Below are positions 19,148 through 27,392 of a stretch of DNA of 64,000 bases, piece by piece; position 1 is the stretch's first letter, and the number at the start of each line of letters is the position of its first letter. Location: positions 323-64,322 of the forward strand of contig JBKQVT010000104.1 of NCBI GenBank assembly GCA_052139835.1, read 5' to 3'. The position numbers and the translations under genes are program-made. Under the pieces are notes generated by a model. It was not told the DNA's origin. It searched no databases and saw nothing but the letters and a program-made list of their open reading frames with translations. This DNA is from Thermoguttaceae bacterium. Its GTDB lineage: Bacteria > Planctomycetota > Planctomycetia > Pirellulales > Thermoguttaceae.

Positions 19148-22100
19148 TCACTGCAACTGCAACAGCGATTTGACACGGCGGCGGACTGCCTCGCCCTCGG
19201 CGACGCTGCCGTCCAGGGGCAAATAGGCGGTCCGGCCGTCCACCACGCGGAGGGCCCCCCCGCTTTGGGCCGCCAACTCCCGAATCCGCCCCGCCGAGGC
19301 GTACTCGAACACCGCGTACTGGTCCTCCAGGTGGATGGCGCTGATTTGCCAGCGGTGGGCGGCGATCCGCAACTCCGCCAAGGCCAGCAACTGCTCGACC
19401 ACCGCCGGCGGCGGCCCAAAACGGTCTACAAGCTCCCCGCGGAAGTCCGCCAGCTCCGCGGGCGTGGCGATGCGGGCCAGGCGGCGATAGAGGTCGATCT
19501 TCGGCCGCATGTCCGGCACGTAGCCCTGGGGGATGTAGGCCGCGCCGGGCAGGTCGATGTCCACCTCGATCGAGGTCTGCGGCGGCAGCCGCTTCAGCGC
19601 GGCCACGGACTGTTCCAGCAGCGCGCAGTAGAGTTCGTAGCCCACCGCGGCGATATGCCCGCTCTGTTGCGTGCCCAGGATGTTTCCCGCCCCGCGGATC
19701 TCCAGGTCGCGCATGGCGATGGCGAATCCGGCGCCCATGTCGCTGAACTCCTCGATGGCGCGCAAACGCTTGGCGGCCGAGGGCGAGAGGTTCTTGTTGG
19801 GATCGACCAGCAGGTAGCAATAGGCCCGGTGCTTGTAGCGTCCCACGCGGCCGCGGAGCTGGTGCAGGTCGGCCAGCCCGTAACGGTCCCCTTCGTCGAT
19901 GAAGATCGTGTTGGCGTTGGGGATATCCAGCCCGCTCTCCACGATCGTCGTGGCCAGCAGCATGTCGAAGCGCTGATCGACGAAGTCCAGCATCACTTGT
20001 TCGAGTTCATGCTCGGGCATCTGGCCGTGGGCGATGCCGAGGCGGGCCTCGGGCACGATCTGCCGCAGCCGCTGCCCCAAGATCTCGATGTCCTCGACGC
20101 GGTTGTGCACGAAGAAAATCTGCCCGCTGCGATTCAATTCCCGCATCACCGCGTGGCGGATGAGTTCGCCCTGGAAGCGGGTCACGCGGGTTTCCACCGC
20201 CAGGCGGTCCTGCGGCGGCGTCTCCAGGTTGGAGATATCCCGCACCCCCAACAGGCTCATGTGCAGCGTCCGCGGGATCGGCGTGGCCGTCATCGTCAGC
20301 ACGTCGACCATCTGGCGGAAGGCCTTCAGGCGTTCCTTCACCTCGACGCCGAAACGCTGCTCCTCGTCGATGATCACCATCCCGAGGTTGTGAAACTTCA
20401 CGTCCGGCTGCACCAGCCGGTGGGTGCCGATCAAGACGTCGATCTCGCCTGCGGCCAGGCGCTTGATGATGCGGGCCTGCTGACCGCGCGTGGAAAATCG
20501 CGACAAGGCGGCGATCTCGAAGGGAAACTCCGCCATCCGCGCGGTAAAGGTCCGCAGGTGCTGCTCGGCCAGCACCGTGGTGGGCACGAGCACCGCCACT
20601 TGGTAGCCGGCGTCCACGGCCGTGAAGGCGGCCCGCATGGCCAGCTCCGTCTTGCCGTAGCCCACGTCGCCGCAGAGCAGCCGGTCCATGGGCCGCGACT
20701 GGCCCATGTCGTGCTTGATCGCCTCCATCGTGGTCAACTGGTCGGGGGTCTCTTCGTAAGGGAAGGAGGCGTCGAATTCGTGCTGCCACTCGGTCTCGAC
20801 CGGGAAGGTGATGCCGGGGCGCGACGCCCGCGAGGCCTGGAGTTCCAGCATTTCGGCGGCCAGGTCGCTCACCGCCGCCTGGACCTTGCCCTTCTGATGC
20901 TCCCAGGCGTGGCCGCCCAGGCGGGCCAGCGTCGGCCGGCTCTTCGTCCCCCCCACGTACTTCTGCACCAGGCCGATCTTCGACGAAGGCACGTAGAGCT
21001 TCGTCCGCCCGGCAAACTCCAATTCCAGGTGCTCCTCGACCTGGCCGCCTTTTTCCAGAAGTGTCAAACCGCGGTAGCGGGCGATGCCGTGGGCGACGTG
21101 CACCACCAGGTCGCCCTCGTGCAACTCGAGAAAGCTGTCGATCACCCGCCCCAGGTGCCGCCGCGCCGGGCGCCGCAGATCGGTGCGGTGAAAGAGTTCG
21201 CCGCTGCTTAAGAGCACCACGCCTTCCGTGACCAGCCGGAAACCGTTGTGCAGCGTGCCCAGGGGAAAATGGAGCCGTCCCTGCTCGGCCAGCCGCGTGG
21301 CGGCAAAGATCTCCGCCAGGCGGCGTACCTCGGCCTCGGTCTGGCAAACCAGGAAGACCTCCTGGCCCGCGCCGGCGTCGTCCAATTCGTTGCGGACCTT
21401 GTTGATGTCGCCGCTGAAGCGCTCGACCGATTCGATCTTCAGCCGGCAGGTGGTTTCCAGCGAGCCGGCGGCCACGGCCGAGGCCGTCACCGAGGGGAAG
21501 CGGCACACCTCGCGGAGCACGTCGGCCACCGCGTGCAGTTCCGGCGGCCGCTCCAGGCGCTTCAGGTAATGCTGCCCCTCGGCCTCCAATTCGCCCGGCT
21601 CGACCAGCAGAAACCAGCTTTCCGGCGGCAGGAAATCGCTGAAATGGCCGCGGCCCTGCAAGAGCGGCTCCAGCACCGTCACTTCCACGGCGTCCATTTT
21701 GCCCATGCTCCGCTGGCTGGAGACCTCGAAGCGGCGGAGCGATTCGATCTCGTCGCCCAGCAGCTCCACCCGCACCGGGTCGTACCAATCGGGGGCGAAG
21801 ATGTCGACGATGCCGCCGCGGAGCGAGAACTCGCCCGGCAATTCCACGCCGGTGGTGGCGTGAAAGCGGTTCTCCACCAGCCAGCGGGCCAGTTCCTCCA
21901 GCGAAAGCCGCTCGCCGACCCGCAGCAACCGCGTCTGCCGCGCCAGGGCGTCGCGGTCCGGCACGGGCTGCACGAGGGCCTGGATGCTGGTGGCCACCAG
22001 CCGCGGCCGCTGGGGCGATTGCAGCATCTTCAGCAGCCGCAGCCGCTCGCCGGCCGCCTCGTCCGCGCCGGCCCGCTCGCCGGCGAGCGTTTCGCAGGCG

Positions 22101-22381
22101 AGAAACTGTTCGACCGTTCCCTCCAGAAACAGCCCCAGATCATCGACCAGGGCGTCCACCTCATCGGCCCGCGGACAGACGACCACCAGCGGTCCGCGTG
22201 TCCGGGCGGCCAGCGTGGCGGCCACCAGCGCGCAGCTCGAGCCCCAGACTCCGTCCAACGTGGCCGCGTGTCCGCCGATCAGACTCGCGACCGCTTCGGC
22301 GAAGCCTTCTTGGCGCTCCAGCCGGCCGACCAATTCCCGCAGTCGGTCCGGTGCAGTAATTTCCGCAACGGCGTCTGCCAT
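19148..22381 (-). CDS. mfd: transcription-repair coupling factor
   Basis: 1077 aa. Superfamily-2 helicase motifs LLCGDVGYGKTE, MVIIDEEQRFG, TATPIPRTL, plus a CarD/TRCF-type segment (GDLVVHVAHGIARYRGL) and TRG-like region. Confidence 0.95.
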   Translation of the reverse strand: MADAVAEITAPDRLRELVGRLERQEGFAEAVASLIGGHAATLDGVWGSSCALVAATLAARTRGPLVVVCPRADEVDALVDDLGLFLEGTVEQFLACETLAGERAGADEAAGERLRLLKMLQSPQRPRLVATSIQALVQPVPDRDALARQTRLLRVGERLSLEELARWLVENRFHATTGVELPGEFSLRGGIVDIFAPDWYDPVRVELLGDEIESLRRFEVSSQRSMGKMDAVEVTVLEPLLQGRGHFSDFLPPESWFLLVEPGELEAEGQHYLKRLERPPELHAVADVLREVCRFPSVTASAVAAGSLETTCRLKIESVERFSGDINKVRNELDDAGAGQEVFLVCQTEAEVRRLAEIFAATRLAEQGRLHFPLGTLHNGFRLVTEGVVLLSSGELFHRTDLRRPARRHLGRVIDSFLELHEGDLVVHVAHGIARYRGLTLLEKGGQVEEHLELEFAGRTKLYVPSSKIGLVQKYVGGTKSRPTLARLGGHAWEHQKGKVQAAVSDLAAEMLELQASRASRPGITFPVETEWQHEFDASFPYEETPDQLTTMEAIKHDMGQSRPMDRLLCGDVGYGKTELAMRAAFTAVDAGYQVAVLVPTTVLAEQHLRTFTARMAEFPFEIAALSRFSTRGQQARIIKRLAAGEIDVLIGTHRLVQPDVKFHNLGMVIIDEEQRFGVEVKERLKAFRQMVDVLTMTATPIPRTLHMSLLGVRDISNLETPPQDRLAVETRVTRFQGELIRHAVMRELNRSGQIFFVHNRVEDIEILGQRLRQIVPEARLGIAHGQMPEHELEQVMLDFVDQRFDMLLATTIVESGLDIPNANTIFIDEGDRYGLADLHQLRGRVGRYKHRAYCYLLVDPNKNLSPSAAKRLRAIEEFSDMGAGFAIAMRDLEIRGAGNILGTQQSGHIAAVGYELYCALLEQSVAALKRLPPQTSIEVDIDLPGAAYIPQGYVPDMRPKIDLYRRLARIATPAELADFRGELVDRFGPPPAVVEQLLALAELRIAAHRWQISAIHLEDQYAVFEYASAGRIRELAAQSGGALRVVDGRTAYLPLDGSVAEGEAVRRRVKSLLQLQ

Positions 22382-22407
22382 GGTCCGTTGCTGAATTATA
22401 AGCTAAG

Positions 22408-22435
22408 GACTGGGGGCTGGGGACTGGGGGCTGGA
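22408..22435. repeat. G-rich 14-mer tandem duplication (GACTGGGGGCTGGG x2)
   Basis: ggactgggggctggggactgggggctgg read directly, 27 nt upstream of the mfd start. Four G-runs of 3 or more. Confidence 0.8.
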
Positions 22436-22461
22436 AAAGTCCCCCGACTGCGTCGGGGGGA
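22435..22461 (-). terminator. putative intrinsic terminator after the 72-aa membrane protein gene
   Basis: On the minus strand: CCCCCGAC-GCA-GUCGGGGG (8-bp GC stem) followed by ACUUUUCC. Confidence 0.45.
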
Positions 22462-22490
22462 GCCGGGATGGGTCGTCGCGCGTGCGCCGC

Positions 22491-22709
22491 CTACGCCTTC
22501 CGCGCCCGGTGCCTTTCGCCATAGGGTATCAAGATGCCAATCAGGATCGCGACGATCGCTGTTTTGGCCAAGATGTCGGAGACCTCCCGGCCGAAGCCGA
22601 GGACTTGTCGGGCCTCCGCCTGCCGGCCCGCGTGAAAGAGATTGTTAGCGGAGTATGAGTAAAGTGCGAGCCACGCCAGCAGGAGAAGCACAACCAGATA
22701 GCCGATCAA
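22491..22709 (-). CDS. small two-helix membrane protein, hypothetical
   Basis: 72-aa ORF with two clear hydrophobic helices (IGYLVVLLLLAWLALY; AKTAIVAILIGILIPY). Followed by a hairpin with a U-tract. Confidence 0.4.
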   Translation of the reverse strand: MIGYLVVLLLLAWLALYSYSANNLFHAGRQAEARQVLGFGREVSDILAKTAIVAILIGILIPYGERHRARKA

Positions 22710-22803
22710 AACGGGGTCGGTCCAAAACGGTCCAAAACGGGGTCAGACTTTAATTATCAACTTTGGCGCCTTGCCGCCCGTCCGTAAGTCCGCCGGGCAA
22801 TCG

Positions 22804-23844
22804 CTACCGCCGGTTGGCGGAGCGGGGCCGCGAGCCGCGGTTGCCGCCGCCGCGGTTCCGGTCCCGCCCGCCGCGGTTGCCGCCGCGGCCGGACGCGGCG
22901 CCGTTGCCGGGCCGCCGGGCACGCGATTCAAGATTCGCGGAAACCAGGATTCCCACCGCTTCTTCCCAGGTGGGGATGCTGTGAAATCCCACCGCGGCCG
23001 AGGCCTCGTCGTCGGTCTCGTCGCCCAGCGGGTCGGGCAAGTCCAACGTGGTGTCGTCGAGGTCTTCTTCCAGCGGCGGCCGGTCTTCGACCGCGGGCGC
23101 GGGGATCGCCGCGTCTCGAACCGGTCCGCGGTCGCGGCCGCGCGACCTGCCGCGGCGGCCCCGGCGACGCTCCGGCCGCTCCGGGCGCGATTCCGCCGTG
23201 GGCTCGCCCTGCTCGACTGGTTGTTCCTCTTCGGGCAGTTCCAGGGTGAAATCGTCCGATTCCGGCGGCGCCGAGCCGGTCGGCTGCTCTGCGGGCGCGG
23301 CGTCGCGGGGACCGCGACCGCGGCGACGGCGCTTGCGGCGACGGCGCTCCGGCGGGCCCTCGGCGTCGGACGACTGGGGGACGAAGCCGACCAATTCCTC
23401 GCTGAGGAGGGCGAATTCTTCGGCCGCGCCGGACTCGATGGGCTCCCTGGGCTCGTCGGCCGGCGGGCTGGCGATCTCGACGGGCTCGGGGGGCGTGTAG
23501 CGGGCCCGCGGCATGGCCGGCGGGAACGCCGGCGGCGCGGGGGGTGGCGTCACGGGGCGCACGGACGGCTGGGCGGCCCGCGGTGCGGGCGGCTTTGCAG
23601 CGGGCGGCTTTGCAGCGGGCGGGGGCGCCGGTGCCGGCGCAACGCCCAGCGAGCCCGCCAAGGCGTCCCAATTCGCCGCCGGTCGCGGGGGCCGGGGCGC
23701 GGCGGCCCGCGGTGCCGCAACGGGCAGCGTGGGCTTGGGTTGGCTCGGGGCGGGCCCGGCGGATTGCGGTTTGGGTTCTTCCGGGGCTGGCTCAACCCCC
23801 AATAAGGATGCCACATCGCCCCAATGGTTCGGCGCGTCGGTCAT
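22804..23844 (-). CDS. hypothetical intrinsically disordered protein with C-terminal RGG tail
   Basis: ATG ORF. Ordered islands MTDAPNHWGDVASLLGV and FHSIPTWEEAVGILVSANLESRAR are separated by Pro/Ala/Glu/Arg-rich low complexity. The protein ends GRGGNRGGRDRNRGGGNRGSRPRSANRR. Confidence 0.55.
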   Translation of the reverse strand: MTDAPNHWGDVASLLGVEPAPEEPKPQSAGPAPSQPKPTLPVAAPRAAAPRPPRPAANWDALAGSLGVAPAPAPPPAAKPPAAKPPAPRAAQPSVRPVTPPPAPPAFPPAMPRARYTPPEPVEIASPPADEPREPIESGAAEEFALLSEELVGFVPQSSDAEGPPERRRRKRRRRGRGPRDAAPAEQPTGSAPPESDDFTLELPEEEQPVEQGEPTAESRPERPERRRGRRGRSRGRDRGPVRDAAIPAPAVEDRPPLEEDLDDTTLDLPDPLGDETDDEASAAVGFHSIPTWEEAVGILVSANLESRARRPGNGAASGRGGNRGGRDRNRGGGNRGSRPRSANRR

Positions 23845-23929
23845 GTTTGCGGTGTACCCGAGTTTTCAGTAAGGTAAGTAATGAAGTATAAGTGTTCTCC
23901 ACTCCGATGGGAAGGTGGTTTGCCGCAGG

Positions 23930-25006
23930 ATGTCGGACCGGCCGCGTTTCTTGTTTGTCACCTGCCAAGTGGGCGCCCAGCAGGCCGTCAAGGGCGAGTT
24001 GGCCCGCCGCTGGCCAGACTTTCCCCTGGCCTTCTCGCGGCCCGGTTTCCTCACGTTCAAGCTGCCCGAGGATCACCGCCTGCCGCCGGAGTTCGCGCTG
24101 GGCGCGGTATTTGCGCGGGCGTCGGGTTTCTCGCTGGGGCCGGTCCAGGGTGAGGACTTGGACGGGCTTGCCCGCGGTGTTTGGGCCGTTTTCGGCCCTC
24201 GGCCCTGGCAACGGATACACGTGTGGGAGCGTGATGCGGCGCGGCCGGGGGAACATGGTTATGAGCCCGGCCTGACGCCCGCGGCCGCCGCGGCTTACGA
24301 CGCCTTGCTAGGAGCTTGCCCTCGCTCTGGGGCGGCGGCGGCCTTGGCGCAGCAGTGGCAGCAGCCTGCCCGGCCGGGCCATGCCGTGCTGGACTGCATC
24401 CTCTTGGAGCCCGGGCAGTGGTGGGTGGGGACCCATCGGGTCGGCTCGGTCGCGTCGCAATGGCCCGGCGGACTGAGCCCTTTGGTCTTGCCCCCCGAGG
24501 CGATCAGCCGGGCGTGGCTGAAAATGGAGGAAGCCCTGCGATGGGCCGAGTTGCCGATCCCGGCGGAGGCGCATTGGGCCGAGATCGGCAGCGCTCCGGG
24601 CGGATCGTGCCAAGCGCTGTTGCAGCGCGGCTACCATGTGGTCGGCATCGACCCGGCGGCGATGGACCCGCGGATCCTGGGGTATCCGCGGTTTACGCAT
24701 ATTCGCCGCCGCAGCGCGGCGGTGCGGCGTCGCGACCTCCGCAAGGTCCGCTGGCTGGCCGCCGACATGAACGTCCCACCCGCGTATACGCTCGATGCGG
24801 TGCAGTCCCTAGTCACCCATGCGGAGGTGCATATTCGCGGGATGCTGTTGACGCTCAAACTGCCGCAGTGGAAATTGGCCCAGGAGGTGCCCGCCTACCT
24901 CGACCGCATTCGCAGTTGGGGGTACAATGTCGTTCGCGCCCGGCAACTGCAACACAATCGTCGCGAGTTTTGCGTGGCGGCCTTGCAGCAGCCGTTTCGA
25001 CGGTAG
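23930..25006 (+). CDS. rlmM: RlmM-like 23S rRNA 2'-O-ribose (C2498) methyltransferase family protein
   Basis: THUMP-like N-terminus (FLFVTCQVGAQQAVKGEL...RPGFLTFK) followed by an FtsJ/RrmJ-like SAM fold (WAEIGSAPGGSCQALLQRGYHVVGID ... WLAADMNVPP). About 360 aa, as in RlmM. ATG 23930 (GTG 23915 possible). Confidence 0.65.
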   Translation: MSDRPRFLFVTCQVGAQQAVKGELARRWPDFPLAFSRPGFLTFKLPEDHRLPPEFALGAVFARASGFSLGPVQGEDLDGLARGVWAVFGPRPWQRIHVWERDAARPGEHGYEPGLTPAAAAAYDALLGACPRSGAAAALAQQWQQPARPGHAVLDCILLEPGQWWVGTHRVGSVASQWPGGLSPLVLPPEAISRAWLKMEEALRWAELPIPAEAHWAEIGSAPGGSCQALLQRGYHVVGIDPAAMDPRILGYPRFTHIRRRSAAVRRRDLRKVRWLAADMNVPPAYTLDAVQSLVTHAEVHIRGMLLTLKLPQWKLAQEVPAYLDRIRSWGYNVVRARQLQHNRREFCVAALQQPFRR

Positions 25007-25101
25007 TGGCGGCGGCGTTTTGGCGCGATCGGCGTTGACTCATCGCCGCGCCGTCTTTAGAATCTGATTTTTCGCATCAGTCACGTACTTCCTTGTAACC
25101 A

Positions 25102-25164
25102 GCGTAGGGCAGGCATCGCCCACCAAGGCACGACGGATTTTGGTGGGTGGTTCCCACCCTACGC
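25102..25164. repeat. REP-like element of the GCGTAGGG...CCCACCAA / TTGGTGGG...CCCTACGC type
   Basis: Outer 8-bp and inner 8-bp complementary blocks with an internal loop. The right half contains the GGGTGG-TTC-CCACCC hairpin. Confidence 0.7.
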
Positions 25165-25221
25165 AAATAGGGCAAGCTGGGCAGGCTTCCCATCATATTC
25201 CTGGCCAGCAGGAGGCGCAGC

Positions 25222-27348
25222 ATGAGATCGTGGGGGATTCTGCAATATTCGGCGACCGCGACGTTGACGATCGCTCTTGTGGCCCTTGGCGGCCAGTGGA
25301 CCGCGCGGGCGGCGGGAAAAGATCAGCAGCCGGCCGCGGCCAAGGCAACGCCCGCCGCCCGTGCATCCGTGCACCTCAGCGATCCCAACGCGATTTACGG
25401 CGAGCCGTTGGCGCCGGGCATGGTGCGGCTGCTGCAAGACGAGATCGCCACCGGGCTGCGCAAGCGAGGCGTGGACGGCGATTTCGCCCGCTTCCAGAGA
25501 TACGCCGGCTCGCGGTTGGACGCGACGGCCGCGGCGTACACGGGCTCGGAGTTGACGGGCAATTGCCGCTTGAGCTGGTACGACCACATGCTGCGCAACC
25601 CGCTGCGGGCCCCCGCCGAAGCGGAGGAATTCACCCGCACGCTGCACAAGGCGATTGTGGATGATCCGTCGGGACTCGGACCCGCGGTGGCCACCGCGGC
25701 CGAGAAGCTGGACCTCGGCAAGCGCAAGCCGCGCGGGTTCGTCGCGGTCCACTCGCCGCACGAGGCGTTGGAAGTGGTCAAGCAGGCGCTGGTCGAAGCG
25801 CAGGCCGCCTACGCCGCCGCGCTGGCGCCGTTGAGCAAGGGTGAAATCCAGGAGCTGGCGACGTATCTCTATCCGGTCCTGGTGGGCCAGAACCGCGTGG
25901 GTCACACGATCAACGACCGCGGCACCGGCCGCCGCCTCTGCGACCTGATGGAGAAGATGGACCGCAGCGCCATGATCGACGCCGCCGAGGCGCTGGTGCC
26001 GCTGAGCGATCCGGCGCTATTGCAACAACTCAAGCAACTGCCCGTGGACGGCAACGTCGTCGTGCCGGGCGTGACGGGGCGGGTGGTGGCGCGGATCGAC
26101 ACCCCGGCCGGCGCCATCGTGATCGGCAAGGGCGCCAATACCTTCCAGTTGGACGCCATGCCCGGCGTGGCGGCCGTGATCGACCTGGGCCGGGGCAACG
26201 TGTATTACGAAGGGACCTGCTCGCTCCAGCGGCCGGTGCTGGTGGTGCTGAACCTCGGCGGTGGCAATTTCTTCAAGGCCACCAGCCCCGGCGTCCAGGG
26301 CAGCGCGATCCTGGGCGTCTCCATGCTCGTGAACCTGGAGGGGGACAACCGCTACGACGCCCTCGACGTCGCCCAAGGGTCCGCGTTGGCCGGGGTCGGC
26401 ATGCTCGTCGAGTTCGGCGGCAACAACAAGTATCACGGCGTCCGCCGCGTGCAAGGCGAGGCCCTCGGCGGCCTGGGGCTGCTGATCAGCCGCGGCGGGC
26501 ACAACGATTACCACGCGGCGATGTGGGCCCAAGGGATGGGCGGCCCGCTGGGCTTCGGACTCCTGGAAGACCTCCGCGGCGGCGACCACTACTATTGCGG
26601 CGGCCTCTATCCCAACTCCTACAAGCCGGAAACACCCGGCTACGAGGGCTTCGGCCAGGGCGTGGGGGCGGGCATTCGCCAGTCGGCCGACGGAGGGATC
26701 GGCGTGTTGCTCAACGGCGGCGGCCACAACGTCTACGAGTTCGACTACCTCTCGCACGGCGGCGGCTATTGGTGCGGCATGGGCTTCGCCCGCGATTTCG
26801 GCGGCAACAGCCAGCGCCTCATCGCGCGGAAGGCCTTCTACGGTGAGGAACGCACGGAGCAGCTCTTCCAGCGATTCGGCTGCGGCTGGGGCTGCCATTA
26901 CGCCCTGGGCTTCTGCTTCGACGACCGCGGCAACAGCACCTACGAAGGCAGCATCATGGGCAGCGGCATGGCCTGGGATTGCTCGGTCGGCGTGCTCTGC
27001 AGCTTCGGCGGCAAGGACCATTACACGGCCACCGGCGGACTCACCCAGGGATGCGGCGCCCAGGCCGGACTGGGCATCCTCTTCCACTATGGCGACGATT
27101 CGGTGTGGGACGGCTGGACCCAGGCCTATGCGTCGCCGGGCATCAGCTACCATCACCTGCCGGAGTGCGGCGGCAACTTCAGCTTCCTGATCAATTATGG
27201 CGGCAACAGCACCTTCGGTTGCGGGGCCGAGCGGCACTGCTACATGCAGCGCGGCGCCGCCGGCGGCTTCCTGATCGATCGCCCCCGACACGATGAGGTC
27301 ACCACCACGGCGGCCAAACCGGTCGACAGCGCCCCGGCGGGGCGGTGA
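25222..27348 (+). CDS. secreted glycine-rich repeat protein (predicted beta-solenoid), unknown function
   Basis: AGGAGG 6 nt upstream of ATG. Signal peptide ...LVALGGQWTARAAG. C-terminal half carries about 10 degenerate ~23-aa units with the core GG(N/H/D)(N/D)xY(x)6QG. Confidence 0.75.
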   Translation: MRSWGILQYSATATLTIALVALGGQWTARAAGKDQQPAAAKATPAARASVHLSDPNAIYGEPLAPGMVRLLQDEIATGLRKRGVDGDFARFQRYAGSRLDATAAAYTGSELTGNCRLSWYDHMLRNPLRAPAEAEEFTRTLHKAIVDDPSGLGPAVATAAEKLDLGKRKPRGFVAVHSPHEALEVVKQALVEAQAAYAAALAPLSKGEIQELATYLYPVLVGQNRVGHTINDRGTGRRLCDLMEKMDRSAMIDAAEALVPLSDPALLQQLKQLPVDGNVVVPGVTGRVVARIDTPAGAIVIGKGANTFQLDAMPGVAAVIDLGRGNVYYEGTCSLQRPVLVVLNLGGGNFFKATSPGVQGSAILGVSMLVNLEGDNRYDALDVAQGSALAGVGMLVEFGGNNKYHGVRRVQGEALGGLGLLISRGGHNDYHAAMWAQGMGGPLGFGLLEDLRGGDHYYCGGLYPNSYKPETPGYEGFGQGVGAGIRQSADGGIGVLLNGGGHNVYEFDYLSHGGGYWCGMGFARDFGGNSQRLIARKAFYGEERTEQLFQRFGCGWGCHYALGFCFDDRGNSTYEGSIMGSGMAWDCSVGVLCSFGGKDHYTATGGLTQGCGAQAGLGILFHYGDDSVWDGWTQAYASPGISYHHLPECGGNFSFLINYGGNSTFGCGAERHCYMQRGAAGGFLIDRPRHDEVTTTAAKPVDSAPAGR

Positions 27349-27392
27349 TCGCCGCTGGGTTGGCTCGGAAAATAAAAGGTTGGACAAATATC

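Noticed and set aside
18959-21211. 750-aa ORF antisense to mfd. The same class of ORF occurs at 27240..29735, 31588..33735, 46001..48679, 53251..55452, 57485..59401 and 59787..62078.
   Set aside because: Each overlaps a gene with strong family signatures on the other strand and has biased R/G/A/P/H composition without recognisable motifs.
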